From contig JACPCL010000031.1 of NCBI GenBank assembly GCA_016179765.1, positions 341 through 64,340 on the forward strand: 64,000 bases of DNA. Reading direction: 5' to 3'. Source of the stretch: Chloroflexota bacterium. GTDB lineage: Bacteria; Chloroflexota; Dehalococcoidia; Lucifugimonadales; JACPCL1. Under the pieces are notes generated by a model. The model was not told the origin of the DNA. It saw nothing but the letters and a program-made list of their open reading frames with translations, and did no database searches. The translations under genes and the position numbers were made by a program. This document shows, one piece after another, positions 36,235-44,948 of the stretch (positions within the stretch are counted from its first letter, which is position 1; each line of letters opens with the position of its first letter).

Positions 36235-37101
36235 TCAGCTCCCCAAGAACTCTCGGATAATAGCCACGGCCCCCGCCATGTTCTCCCGCTGGAGGCCGTG
36301 GCCGGCGTTGGGCACCTCACGCAGGAGGCCCAGGCCGCTGGGGATGCGCGCCGCCATCTCCTGGGCCTGCTTGCGGTCCAGCACGGTGCTCGTCTCGCCG
36401 CGCAGGACCAGGGTCTTGCAGTGCAGCTTGCCCACGCAGTCCCACAGGAAGGGGCCTTCTTTCAGGCCAGTGCGCCCGTTCAGCCAGGCGATCTCCGGGT
36501 CGGTCTTGGGCACAAGGATGCCGTCCCAGTTGGTGCGGTAGGTGTACCTTACCGTATCCCAGACCTCTGCCTCCGTAGACGCTTCGTTCTGCTGGCGGTG
36601 CCAGTCAAAAGCCTGCTGAGGGGAGAAGAAGCCCCTGGGCCGCTCGGGGCGGGCGCCTCCGGCCAGGCGGCGCTGGGCGGTGTCCCGGCCAGCGGGGGAG
36701 GGATCGGGCATGGGCCCGTAGTCGCCCAGCACCAGGTGGTCCAGGAGCTGGCCGTGGTAGGCCCCCAGGGGCATGCCGATGCGGGAGCCCAGGGAGTGGC
36801 CGAAGTAGTCAAAGGGGTAGGCGCCGAGGGCGACCGCGAAGGCGGCGATGTCACCGGCCATCTGCTGAGCGGAGTAGCCTTCCCTGCTCCAATCGGAGTC
36901 GCCGTGGCCGCGGCCGTCCAGGGCCAGCACGTGATGGGTCTCTAGGAAGTGGGGCGCGAACTGGTCAAAGGCGTGGGCGTGGCCGCCGATGCCGTGCATG
37001 AGGACGAGGGGCTTTTTGGTCTTGTCGCCTCCCCAGTCCAGGTAGTGCAGGCGCAGGCTATTGGCGTGGAGGTACTTATCCTCCGGAAGGAAGGGGGTCA
37101 T
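36235..37101 (-). CDS. Alpha/beta-fold hydrolase
   Basis: ATG 37101 follows AGGAGG. LVLMHGIGGHAHAF and nucleophile elbow GHSLGS. Confidence 0.8.
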   Translation of the reverse strand: MTPFLPEDKYLHANSLRLHYLDWGGDKTKKPLVLMHGIGGHAHAFDQFAPHFLETHHVLALDGRGHGDSDWSREGYSAQQMAGDIAAFAVALGAYPFDYFGHSLGSRIGMPLGAYHGQLLDHLVLGDYGPMPDPSPAGRDTAQRRLAGGARPERPRGFFSPQQAFDWHRQQNEASTEAEVWDTVRYTYRTNWDGILVPKTDPEIAWLNGRTGLKEGPFLWDCVGKLHCKTLVLRGETSTVLDRKQAQEMAARIPSGLGLLREVPNAGHGLQRENMAGAVAIIREFLGS

Positions 37102-37347
37102 GGTTGCCTCCTTAAACGGCATAGCAGGATGAGGGCTGGTATAGTGCCTCTTACGTCCCGTACGTGATGGCCAGTGCTCACCTCTCCCCATCTTGTCCCT
37201 CTCTCCGCAACGGAGAGGGGGACTGTCTTCACTTTTTGCTCACTCTCTTCCCTTTAGGGAACGGGGACATAAGGGGGTTAGGTGAGACTTTTGCTACCCA
37301 AACACGTGCCAATGGAGCGTCCCGCGTCAGCTATACAATCCAAAAAA

Positions 37348-37422
37348 TGGTACCCCTGGGCGGAATTGAACCGCCGCCACCGGCTTCGGAGGCCGGTGCT
37401 CTATCCGCTGAGCTACAGGGGC
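37348..37422 (-). tRNA. tRNA-Arg (anticodon CCG), CCA encoded
   Basis: Manual cloverleaf: acceptor GCCCCTG/CAGGGGT, D arm GCTC/GAGC, anticodon arm CCGGC-CTCCGAA-GCCGG, T arm GGCGG-TTCAATT-CCGCC. Confidence 0.9.
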
Positions 37423-37458
37423 ACGCATGGATACTATAGCACGGGCCGCCGCGGCCCA

Positions 37459-37817
37459 CTAGCAGGCTGCTGAATAACACCCCCAAACCCCCTCAAGGCG
37501 ATTTGCCAAATAGTTGTGCTTCCGTAATCAGAACCTCACCCCCTATCCTCGCCTTCCCCCGCAAGGGGGGAAGGAACATGGGAGACGCAACGATGCTCCT
37601 TCTGCACATCTTTCCTCCCCCTTGACGGGGGAGGACTAAGGTAGGGGTGAGACTCTTGCCAAAGACAGCTTGTTCAGTTGATGACCATAAGGGGTTTAAG
37701 GTATCCGCCTACGGCGGATGGATTTCTCTCTGGGGGACACCCCCATCCGCCTACGGCGGACCGTCAAGAGGGCAAAGCCCTCTTGACTCCCCTTTCTTCT
37801 CTTCCGCAGCCTGCTAG
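37459..37817 (+). mobile_element. Family A element with CTAG on both flanks, carrying a nested family D insertion
   Basis: CTAG-CAGGCTGCTGAATAACACCCCCAAACCCCCTCAAGG[insert]GGGGTTTAAGG...CCGCAGCCTG-CTAG. Confidence 0.8.
37499..37690 (+). mobile_element. Family D element nested in family A
   Basis: CGATTTGCCAAATAGTTGTGCTTCCGTAATCAGAACCTCACCCCCTAT...GTAGGGGTGAGACTCTTGCCAAAG...GATGACCAT. An independent copy lies at 50944-51105. Confidence 0.8.
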
Positions 37818-39142
37818 CTGTTGTCGCCGTCCCCGTGTCCGCCGGTCGCCGCAGACGCCTGGGCAGGCGCAGCATCCTCCCGCCGCCGGCCAGGCCCCCT
37901 TCTCCTGAACAAGGGCACCAGCATGATGGGGGCCAAGAGCGTGGTAACTACCGTCATAAGGATGGAAACCCCAAAGAGGTCCCCCTCAATGACCCCCCGG
38001 GTCAGGCCAATGCCCGCCACAATCAGGGCCACCTCACCCCTGGGCAACATGCCCACCCCTACTCTGGCGGCGCCCAGCGCGGTGAAGCCCGTGGCCAGGG
38101 CCGGCAGGCCACACCCCACCACCTTGCTTACGATGGCAAGGGCGGTGATCACCAGTCCAAACACCAGCGCTCCGCCCATGGCCGGTAGGTCCACCAGCAT
38201 CCCCATGGCCACAAAGAAGACGGGCACCAGCGTGTGGTAGACCGCCATAATGGGCTCATCCAGCTCCCGCTTGAGCCGTGTGGTGGAGAGGGCCAAGCCG
38301 ACAGAGTACGCCCCGATGATCATTGCCAGGCCAAAGCTCTCCGCCAGGGCCGCGCCCAGAAGGGCAAGGGCAAGGGCAAGGGCAATCTCTGCTCCGGCCA
38401 CGCGGAAGGCGCCCATAAGGCGCGAGATGGGGCGAGACGCCAGGATTCCCAGGCCCGTCAGGGCCACCCAAAAGCCGATGGCCTTACCGCCGATCAGGGC
38501 CACCTTTGCCGCCGAAACGCCCCCCGCAGCGCTGACGCCGACCACGACGGTCAGGACCAGGATTCCCAGCACGTCGTCCACCACCGCCGCGCCCACAACG
38601 GTCACCCCTTCCGGGGTGTCCATCCGTCCAAGGTCGCTCAGGACACGGGCGGTGATACCGACAGAGGTCGCCGTCATAACGGCCCCCATAAAGAGGGCCG
38701 CAGGGTCCATCCAACTGCTGGCGAAGCCCATGAGCACCGTGGCGCCCACGCCAAAGGCAAAGGGAAGGGCTACGCCGCCCAGGGCCACCAGCGTAGCGGG
38801 GCCGGCGTAGCGCAGAAACAGCTTCAGGTCAGTCTCCAGGCCCGCCGTAAAGAGCAGCACGATGGAGGCTACCTGGGCAAAGGCGTACAGTTCGTGGGAC
38901 AGGGGTATCCCCGCTCCCGCCTCCAGGTACGCCTGAGGCTTTGGGAACAGGGCGCCAAGGCTGCCTACCTCAATGGCGCCCAGGGCGAAGGGGCCAATGA
39001 GGACGCCTACCGCCAGCTCTCCCAGGACGGGGGGGACTTTAAGAAGACGCAGGCAGACCTCTCCCCCAACCTTGGCGGCAACCAGAATGATCGCCAGTTG
39101 CAGGACCAGATGGACGATGGCTTCGGTGATATCCTGTTCCAT
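37814..39142 (-). CDS. Cation:proton antiporter (CPA2/Kef-like)
   Basis: ~12 TM helices, typical Na_H exchanger pattern. Stop codon lies in the CTAG flank of the family A element. Confidence 0.85.
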   Translation of the reverse strand: MEQDITEAIVHLVLQLAIILVAAKVGGEVCLRLLKVPPVLGELAVGVLIGPFALGAIEVGSLGALFPKPQAYLEAGAGIPLSHELYAFAQVASIVLLFTAGLETDLKLFLRYAGPATLVALGGVALPFAFGVGATVLMGFASSWMDPAALFMGAVMTATSVGITARVLSDLGRMDTPEGVTVVGAAVVDDVLGILVLTVVVGVSAAGGVSAAKVALIGGKAIGFWVALTGLGILASRPISRLMGAFRVAGAEIALALALALLGAALAESFGLAMIIGAYSVGLALSTTRLKRELDEPIMAVYHTLVPVFFVAMGMLVDLPAMGGALVFGLVITALAIVSKVVGCGLPALATGFTALGAARVGVGMLPRGEVALIVAGIGLTRGVIEGDLFGVSILMTVVTTLLAPIMLVPLFRRRGPGRRREDAAPAQASAATGGHGDGDNS

Positions 39143-39297
39143 GACTCCCCTGGTAAAGCTTGGGTGGCTGACAAACAGCCACGAGCATCGTTATTGCTGT
39201 GGAATTATAGCATCGGAACCACGGCGGGAGATGCGCACGGTTGGTGGAAACAGGCATGGGATGCGAGAAAATCAGGCTACGTAATCGCAAGAGAGTA

Positions 39298-39326
39298 TTG
39301 ACATCGTTTATATACCTGCCTATGAT
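39298..39326 (+). promoter_or_regulatory. Near-consensus promoter TTGACA-17-TATGAT, ~100 nt upstream of the first collagen-like gene
   Basis: Sequence match only. Confidence 0.6.
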
Positions 39327-39427
39327 TAGGCGGGCTAAATACCAACCAGCACGGTAGGTTTTGGCCTGTAGTTGTATGTGGCGCTTGAAGCCATCTTTCT
39401 CCTGACGATTGATACGCACGGGAGGCA

Positions 39428-40054
39428 GTGATGCTCCGTACTGGCAGACCGGCATTGTGGGCTTTCCTCATCTTGTTGATGGCCATTGGCCTCCTGGCCG
39501 CCGCCTGCGCCCCTCAGGGGGAGCAGGGCGCTGCTGGCGCCAAAGGCGCTACGGGGGATAAAGGGGCCGTGGGCGATAAGGGCGCGGTAGGCAACAGAGG
39601 CGCCACGGGCGACAAGGGCGCCACGGGCGACAAGGGGGTTGCTGGGGCCAAGGGCCCGACGGGTAACGCCGGCCCCACCCTTCCAGCAAAGGTCGTGGTC
39701 ATCCCCACGGGCAAGACATCTTCCCCCCAGCCCGTATCCGTCACCAAGGGTGCTCGCCAGCCTCTGGTGACCATCTACGGGACGGGTTTCCCCGCCGATG
39801 ATATTCTTCTGGTGGAGGTCATTGGCGCAGACGGAATCTCCATAGCCATGGAGTATCTCGCTAAAAATCCGGATAAGACCGGCCCCACGGGCGCTTTCAA
39901 GACCAGCGTGCGGACGGACATCTCGGGCCTGACCCTGGCCGCTGGCGCCTATAGCCTGGTGGTGACCAGCCTGTCCGGCGTCACCGCATCCGCTCCGGTG
40001 TTCATCACCGAGCCGCCGCCAACGCCTACGCCAACACCCACGCCAACACCCTAG
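39428..40054 (+). CDS. Collagen-like repeat lipoprotein 1
   Basis: Signal peptide with lipobox LAAAC. 18 uninterrupted GXY triplets (39518-39679). ~110-aa C-terminal domain and a (PT)n tail. Start GTG 39428 or ATG 39431. Confidence 0.75.
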   Translation: MMLRTGRPALWAFLILLMAIGLLAAACAPQGEQGAAGAKGATGDKGAVGDKGAVGNRGATGDKGATGDKGVAGAKGPTGNAGPTLPAKVVVIPTGKTSSPQPVSVTKGARQPLVTIYGTGFPADDILLVEVIGADGISIAMEYLAKNPDKTGPTGAFKTSVRTDISGLTLAAGAYSLVVTSLSGVTASAPVFITEPPPTPTPTPTPTP

Positions 40055-40131
40055 CCCTGATGGGCTGACCCAGAAATCAACAGCAGTCCAGTATAGCGCC
40101 ATCGTAACGTACTCATTGGGAGGGAACCTTC

Positions 40132-40734
40132 ATGAACCGTCTGAGCACAAGGTCGTTGTGGGCACTCATGGTCCTGTCCATCGCAGCCCTCTTCGTGCTG
40201 TCCGCCTGCACCGGGGCGCCGGGCGACACCGGCGCGGCGGGGGCCAAGGGTGACACCGGCGCCAAGGGTGACGCCGGCGCCAGGGGTGACGCTGGCGCCA
40301 AGGGCGACACTGGCGCCAAGGGTGACACTGGCGCCAAGGGCGATACCGGCGCCAAGGGAGCGACCGGCTCCGCCGGCCCCACCATCCCGGCCAGCATCAT
40401 CGTCGTGCCCACGGTGAAGGACAAGCCGACGGCTGAGCAGCCCGCCGTGGTGACCAAGGGCGCTCGCCAGCCCTTGGTGACGGTCAGCGGCACGGGCTTT
40501 CCCCCCAACGAGCCGATGATTATTGAAGTGATTGGGGACAACGGCATATCCATAGCCATGGAGTATCTCGCTAAAAATCCGGATAAGACCGGCCCCACGG
40601 GCGCTTTCACCACCAGCGTCCGGACGGATATTTCAGGCCTCACCCTGGAGCCTGGGCTGTACACCCTGCTGGTGACCAGCCTCTCCGGCGTCTCGGCCTC
40701 CGCCCCCGTCGTGATTGCGGCGCCAAAGGTATAG
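40132..40734 (+). CDS. Collagen-like repeat lipoprotein 2 (paralog)
   Basis: Lipobox LSAC. 19 GXY triplets (40213-40383), mostly GAKGDT. The C-terminal domain is homologous to gene 1. Confidence 0.75.
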   Translation: MNRLSTRSLWALMVLSIAALFVLSACTGAPGDTGAAGAKGDTGAKGDAGARGDAGAKGDTGAKGDTGAKGDTGAKGATGSAGPTIPASIIVVPTVKDKPTAEQPAVVTKGARQPLVTVSGTGFPPNEPMIIEVIGDNGISIAMEYLAKNPDKTGPTGAFTTSVRTDISGLTLEPGLYTLLVTSLSGVSASAPVVIAAPKV

Positions 40735-40740
40735 CCTGAA

Positions 40741-41034
40741 ATGACTACGAAGATGACCCGCGCTGATCGGCAGGCAATTGACCAAGCAGGTAGTCCATCA
40801 GATATCCGCAAGCGCATAGGAACTTACGCCCGTGCCCAAACGAGATTAGCCAACCAGATGAAAACGCTTGTGGAGAGGTACCCGAACCAGTGGGTAGCCA
40901 TAGATGGAGGGAACGTTATCTGTAGTGGGCGGTCACTTGCTCAAGTGCTCGCGAACTGCGAAAGGAAAGGTGTGCCAGGTGGGGCCATCGCAGTGAGATA
41001 CATGGACACCAAGAAACGGGCCATGGTTCTTTAA
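40741..41034 (+). CDS. DUF5678-like small protein
   Basis: YPNQWVAIDGGNVICSGRSLAQVL pattern (from memory). Starts 6 nt after the collagen-like gene 2 stop. Lower GC. Confidence 0.55.
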   Translation: MTTKMTRADRQAIDQAGSPSDIRKRIGTYARAQTRLANQMKTLVERYPNQWVAIDGGNVICSGRSLAQVLANCERKGVPGGAIAVRYMDTKKRAMVL

Positions 41035-41042
41035 GTAAGCGA

Positions 41043-41483
41043 GTGCTTACAGGTTCGTTTGACCCAGCAACAAGGAGGCCTTTTTTAGAAGGCCTCCTTG
41101 TTGTTCCAGGACTAAACGCCAGCGGCCCCGTGTCTTTTCTAGTGGACACAGGTTCTGACGTTTCATGTCTCATGCCCGCCGACGGAATGCAACTCGGCAT
41201 CAACTACAGGACGCTTGCAGGTCCGAAAGGTAATACAATTGGTGTAGGTGGAGGTGCTAACCCCTTTGAATTTCGCGCAGTGGTTATCTTCGCCGGCAAT
41301 AATGCTTCTGTCTTCTACTATGTCATCAAACTTCAGGTATACCCACGCAAAGGGAAACTCTTGCCCCTACCGTCACTCCTTGGCAGAGATGTGCTGGATA
41401 GGTGGCGCATGGTTTATGACCCATCAAAAGACCGCCTGAGGTTTACGCCCAAATCATGGGATCTGAAAGCTAATGCCCCCTAG
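41043..41483 (+). CDS. Retropepsin-like (clan AA) aspartic protease
   Basis: GTG start 8 nt after the preceding stop. Motifs FLVDTGSD and LLGRDVLDRW. Stop lies in the CTAG flank of a family A element. Confidence 0.7.
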   Translation: MLTGSFDPATRRPFLEGLLVVPGLNASGPVSFLVDTGSDVSCLMPADGMQLGINYRTLAGPKGNTIGVGGGANPFEFRAVVIFAGNNASVFYYVIKLQVYPRKGKLLPLPSLLGRDVLDRWRMVYDPSKDRLRFTPKSWDLKANAP

Positions 41484-41667
41484 TAGGGTGCTGAAAAACA
41501 CCCCCAAACCCCCTCAAGGGGGTTCAAGGTGTCCCATTCTCTTTCAAGAAGGCTCCAAAGGAGCCTTCCCCTCGGGGACTTATTTATATCTGTCCCGATT
41601 CCGTCGGGACAGACCCCTGTCAAGGGGCTTTGCCCCTCTGTACTCCCCTTTTTCAGCAGCCTGTTAG
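41480..41667 (+). mobile_element. Family A element (AAAAACACCCCC subtype)
   Basis: CTAG-TAGGGTGCTGAAAAACACCCCC...TTCAGCAGCCTG-TTAG. Confidence 0.7.
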
Positions 41668-41691
41668 GGTTGCAAAGGATGGACGGATAAC

Positions 41692-42069
41692 ATGGAGCAG
41701 GTCAGGGCTTTAGACGTAGAGGAAATCCGGAAGGCCAACCATGACCTTGGGGAGCGGATGACGACCGAACAGGTGATGCTGGCTTACAACCCAGAAGCGG
41801 ATGTGCTGTCCATCACCGTGGGTACCCCGCGGCCCGCGCTCACTGAGCCTGTGGGCGGTGATGTCATGTACCGGGTAGACCCAGACACGCTGAAAATCCT
41901 TGGCTTTGAGATTGTGGCATTCTTTGGGCATTACATGAAAGAAGGGGGACAGGGGAAGAGGGTGATGGGGAAATATCTGAAGCGATTGCAGAGAGACGAC
42001 CACCAAGTATCAGTCAATCAAGTTGCAGTCAAGAAGGTGTTATGTGAGTTGTTTGGGCTGAAGGCGTGA
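41692..42069 (+). CDS. DUF2283-like protein with C-terminal extension
   Basis: YNPEADVLSITVG...YRVDPDTLKILGFEI pattern (from memory). Lower GC. Confidence 0.5.
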   Translation: MEQVRALDVEEIRKANHDLGERMTTEQVMLAYNPEADVLSITVGTPRPALTEPVGGDVMYRVDPDTLKILGFEIVAFFGHYMKEGGQGKRVMGKYLKRLQRDDHQVSVNQVAVKKVLCELFGLKA

Positions 42070-42079
42070 TAAGAAGCCT

Positions 42080-43378
42080 TCATCTGGCGTCATCGCTGCT
42101 CACCCCCCTGGAGTCCCCTCCCGTCTCCTTGCGCACCTGCACCTTGCGTACCCGGCGTCCGCTGATGGAGAGGACGTGCAGGGTGAGGCCATCCGCCTCC
42201 AGGGTATCGCCTGCGGCGGGAATCCTGCCCAGGCGGTGGGCAATGAGGCCGCCCAGAGTGTAGAAGCCTTCGTCCCCTCCTACGGAGGCGCCCAGGGCTT
42301 CGTTGAACTCTTCCAGCAACATGCGGCCGTCTACCACGGCCTCCCCCTCGCCGACGTGGACGATGTCAGGCTCTACCTTCTGGAACTCGTCTTCAATCTC
42401 CCCCACAATCTCCTCCAACACGTCCTCCATGGTCACCAGACCCTCGGTGCCACCGTACTCGTCCACCACAATGGCGATGTTGGTGCGGCGCTCCTGCATC
42501 TCTCGCAGGAGCTGGTCAAGGTGCAAGGTATCCGGAATGAACATGGCGGGGCGCAGGATGGCTTCCAGGGTCATACCGCTTTGAGCAACATCGGTCACGC
42601 GCTGAAGCACGTCCCGGGCGTACACCACGCCCAGGATGGTGTCAATGCTCTCCTGGTACACGGGCAGGCGGCTGTGGCCCTCCTCCGCCATGAAAGCCCC
42701 CACCTCTTGCAGGGGCGTGCCCACATCCACCGCGATAATATCCACGCGAGGCACCATCACCTCCCGTACCGCAATCCCCTCCAGGTCCAGTATGGACCGG
42801 ATCATCCGTCGCTCCTCTGGATCAGCCCTTCGCACCTCCTCCTCCACGGGAACGTCGTCCTCTTGCCCATCGGAAGGGGAGTCGGCGGCGGTCCCGGGCT
42901 CAGCATCAGAGCGCCAGGCAAGGACGTAGAAGCCCAGCCGCTCGGAAAGCCACAGCACCGGGCTGAAGAGCCAGCCCGCGATGTAAAGAGGCATGGCCCC
43001 GGTCAGCAGAATGGGCCGGGCATGGCTTCGCCCCAGGGCCCTGGCGGCTACGTGCAGCACAGCCAGCACCACCAGGAGCAGGGCCGAAGAGAGCACAACG
43101 TGGGGCCAGTGAGACCAGGTCTGAGGGATGACCCAGGAGGCAAGAGAGGCGGAGGCGGAGAGCAGGAGGGCTAGTCGCACGATGGCCACCAGCAAGGCGG
43201 TGCGGTCGTGTGAGAGGATGAGGCGGCGTAGCGCGGGTGTTGGGGCCTCGGAGGCGGACCAGGGCGGCCCGGCGTACCGTTCCCAAAGGCCCAGGGCAGA
43301 GCCAAAGGCGGTGATACCAAAGAACAGCGGCAGAGAAAGGACTAATATGACGAGGGGTAATGAACTATCACTACTCAT
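42080..43378 (-). CDS. CNNM/HlyC-CorC-family protein (DUF21 TM domain, CBS pair, CorC_HlyC)
   Basis: N-terminal TM helices, VREVMVPRVDI...VVDEYGGTEGLVTMEDVLEEIVGEI, C-terminal transporter-associated domain. Confidence 0.85.
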   Translation of the reverse strand: MSSDSSLPLVILVLSLPLFFGITAFGSALGLWERYAGPPWSASEAPTPALRRLILSHDRTALLVAIVRLALLLSASASLASWVIPQTWSHWPHVVLSSALLLVVLAVLHVAARALGRSHARPILLTGAMPLYIAGWLFSPVLWLSERLGFYVLAWRSDAEPGTAADSPSDGQEDDVPVEEEVRRADPEERRMIRSILDLEGIAVREVMVPRVDIIAVDVGTPLQEVGAFMAEEGHSRLPVYQESIDTILGVVYARDVLQRVTDVAQSGMTLEAILRPAMFIPDTLHLDQLLREMQERRTNIAIVVDEYGGTEGLVTMEDVLEEIVGEIEDEFQKVEPDIVHVGEGEAVVDGRMLLEEFNEALGASVGGDEGFYTLGGLIAHRLGRIPAAGDTLEADGLTLHVLSISGRRVRKVQVRKETGGDSRGVSSDDAR

Positions 43379-43402
43379 GCCGTGACCACCCCCTTCCGAC
43401 CT

Positions 43403-43561
43403 CAGGAGCTGCTGAAAAACACCCCCAAACCCCCTCGTCCTTCAAGGAAGCCCCCGAGGGGCTTCCCTCTCCGGGGATGGATTTGTATCTGGGGGACACC
43501 CCCAGACCCCTGCCAAAGGGGCTTCGCCCCTCTGGACACCCCTTTTTCAGCACCCTGTTAG
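43403..43561 (+). mobile_element. Family A element
   Basis: CAGGAGCTGCTGAAAAACACCCCC...TTCAGCACCCTG-TTAG. Its right flank supplies the glmU stop. Confidence 0.7.
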
Positions 43562-44925
43562 GAGCTGCCCGCCTCACCCTTTTTGGTGCGCTTCCGGAGG
43601 CGTGCAGGCACGCCAACGGCCAGGCTATCCGGCGGCACGTCTCTGTTGACGACGGCCCCCGCGCCGGTTACGGAACGCTCCCCTACCTTGACCGGGGCCA
43701 CCAGCATCGTATCGCAGCCGATGAAGGCGTCGTCGCCGATGGTCGTAGGGTTATGGTTCACACCATCGTAATTGCAGGTGATGGCGCCGGCTCCGATGTT
43801 CACGTTCTTGCCCACCTGGACGTCGCCCATGTAGCTGAAGTGGCCCATCTTGACGCCACGGCCCAGGCGGCTGTTCTTCACCTCGGCGAAGTTGCCGATG
43901 TGGACTTCGCTCTCAATAACGGCGCCGGGCCGCAGGTGGCTGAAGGGGCCAACGTCCACTCCGGATTCTAGCGTAGCCCCCTCCAGCATGGAGGCGACCA
44001 CCGTGCAATCATCGCCAACGGCTGAATCGTCCAGCATGGAGTTCGGCCCAATCTTGCAACGCTGGCCGACGGTGGTGCGTCCGGAAAGGGTGGTGTTGGG
44101 ATAGATTACTGTGTCTTCCCCTACGGCCACGTCAGCATCCACATAGGTAGAGAGGGGGTCCACCACCGTTACCCCTGCCAGCATCCAGCGGGTCAGGATA
44201 CGTCCCCGCATGGCCCTTTCCGCCTGGGCAAGCTGCACACGGTTGTTCACCCCAAAGGTCTCCATCTCCTCCACCGAGCTAGCGGTGCTTACTCCCGGGC
44301 CCTCCCGCGCAGCTATGGCAACCAGGTCCGTAAGGTAGTATTGCCCGGAGGGAGAGGGCGATAGGAGACGCAGCGCCGGCCACAGCCACTCCGCACGAAA
44401 GGCGTACATGCCCCCGTTGACCTCGCGGATGGCCCGCTGGCCCTCATCGGCGTCCTCCTCCTCCACGATGCGCACCACCTGGCCGGAGGCGTCCCGTAGA
44501 ATGCGGCCCAGGCCTTCCGGAGGGACCAGGCTGGAGGTGAGAAGGGTGATGGCCGCGGCGGAGTCTTCGTGCTGGGCGATGAGGCGCTTCAGCGTCTCCG
44601 TTTGAATCAGGGGCGTGTCCCCGTGCATCACCAGGAGGTGGTCGGCCATGCCCTTCAGGGCACGCTCCGCCTGCATCAGGGCGTGTCCCGTGCCCAGGGG
44701 TCGCTCCTGTTCGGCGTACCGCACCTGGTCGCCCAGGCGCTGGCGCAGGTCGTCAGAGCCAGGGGCCACGATCAGGAGGACGGGGCCGCCCTGGGCCTCC
44801 CGCACCGCATCCACCACGTGACGCACCATCTCCTTGCCGCACAACGGGTGCAGCACCTTGGGCAATGAGGAGTGCATTCGCCTCCCCTGGCCCGCAGCCA
44901 GGACAACCGCTGCCCACTCAGACAT
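43558..44925 (-). CDS. glmU: Bifunctional GlmU (UDP-GlcNAc diphosphorylase / GlcN-1-P acetyltransferase)
   Basis: VVLAAGQGRRMHSSLPKVLHPLCGK N-terminus and C-terminal left-handed beta-helix hexapeptide repeats. Confidence 0.92.
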   Translation of the reverse strand: MSEWAAVVLAAGQGRRMHSSLPKVLHPLCGKEMVRHVVDAVREAQGGPVLLIVAPGSDDLRQRLGDQVRYAEQERPLGTGHALMQAERALKGMADHLLVMHGDTPLIQTETLKRLIAQHEDSAAAITLLTSSLVPPEGLGRILRDASGQVVRIVEEEDADEGQRAIREVNGGMYAFRAEWLWPALRLLSPSPSGQYYLTDLVAIAAREGPGVSTASSVEEMETFGVNNRVQLAQAERAMRGRILTRWMLAGVTVVDPLSTYVDADVAVGEDTVIYPNTTLSGRTTVGQRCKIGPNSMLDDSAVGDDCTVVASMLEGATLESGVDVGPFSHLRPGAVIESEVHIGNFAEVKNSRLGRGVKMGHFSYMGDVQVGKNVNIGAGAITCNYDGVNHNPTTIGDDAFIGCDTMLVAPVKVGERSVTGAGAVVNRDVPPDSLAVGVPARLRKRTKKGEAGSS

Positions 44926-44948
44926 GGCTCGCTCCTACGGCAGGCTCC

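Noticed and set aside
37190-37460. tRNA-Arg as the integration site of a genomic island.
   Set aside because: There is no integrase, no tRNA 3'-end direct repeat that I could find, and the adjacent genes are ordinary metabolic ones. The flanking sequences are the generic repeat families.
39335-40817. Antisense ORFs 39335-40102 (255 aa) and 40113-40817 (234 aa) opposite the collagen-like genes.
   Set aside because: The sense strand gives a signal peptide, a lipobox, uninterrupted GXY tracts and a conserved paralogous C-terminal domain. The antisense frames are artefacts of the GNN periodicity.
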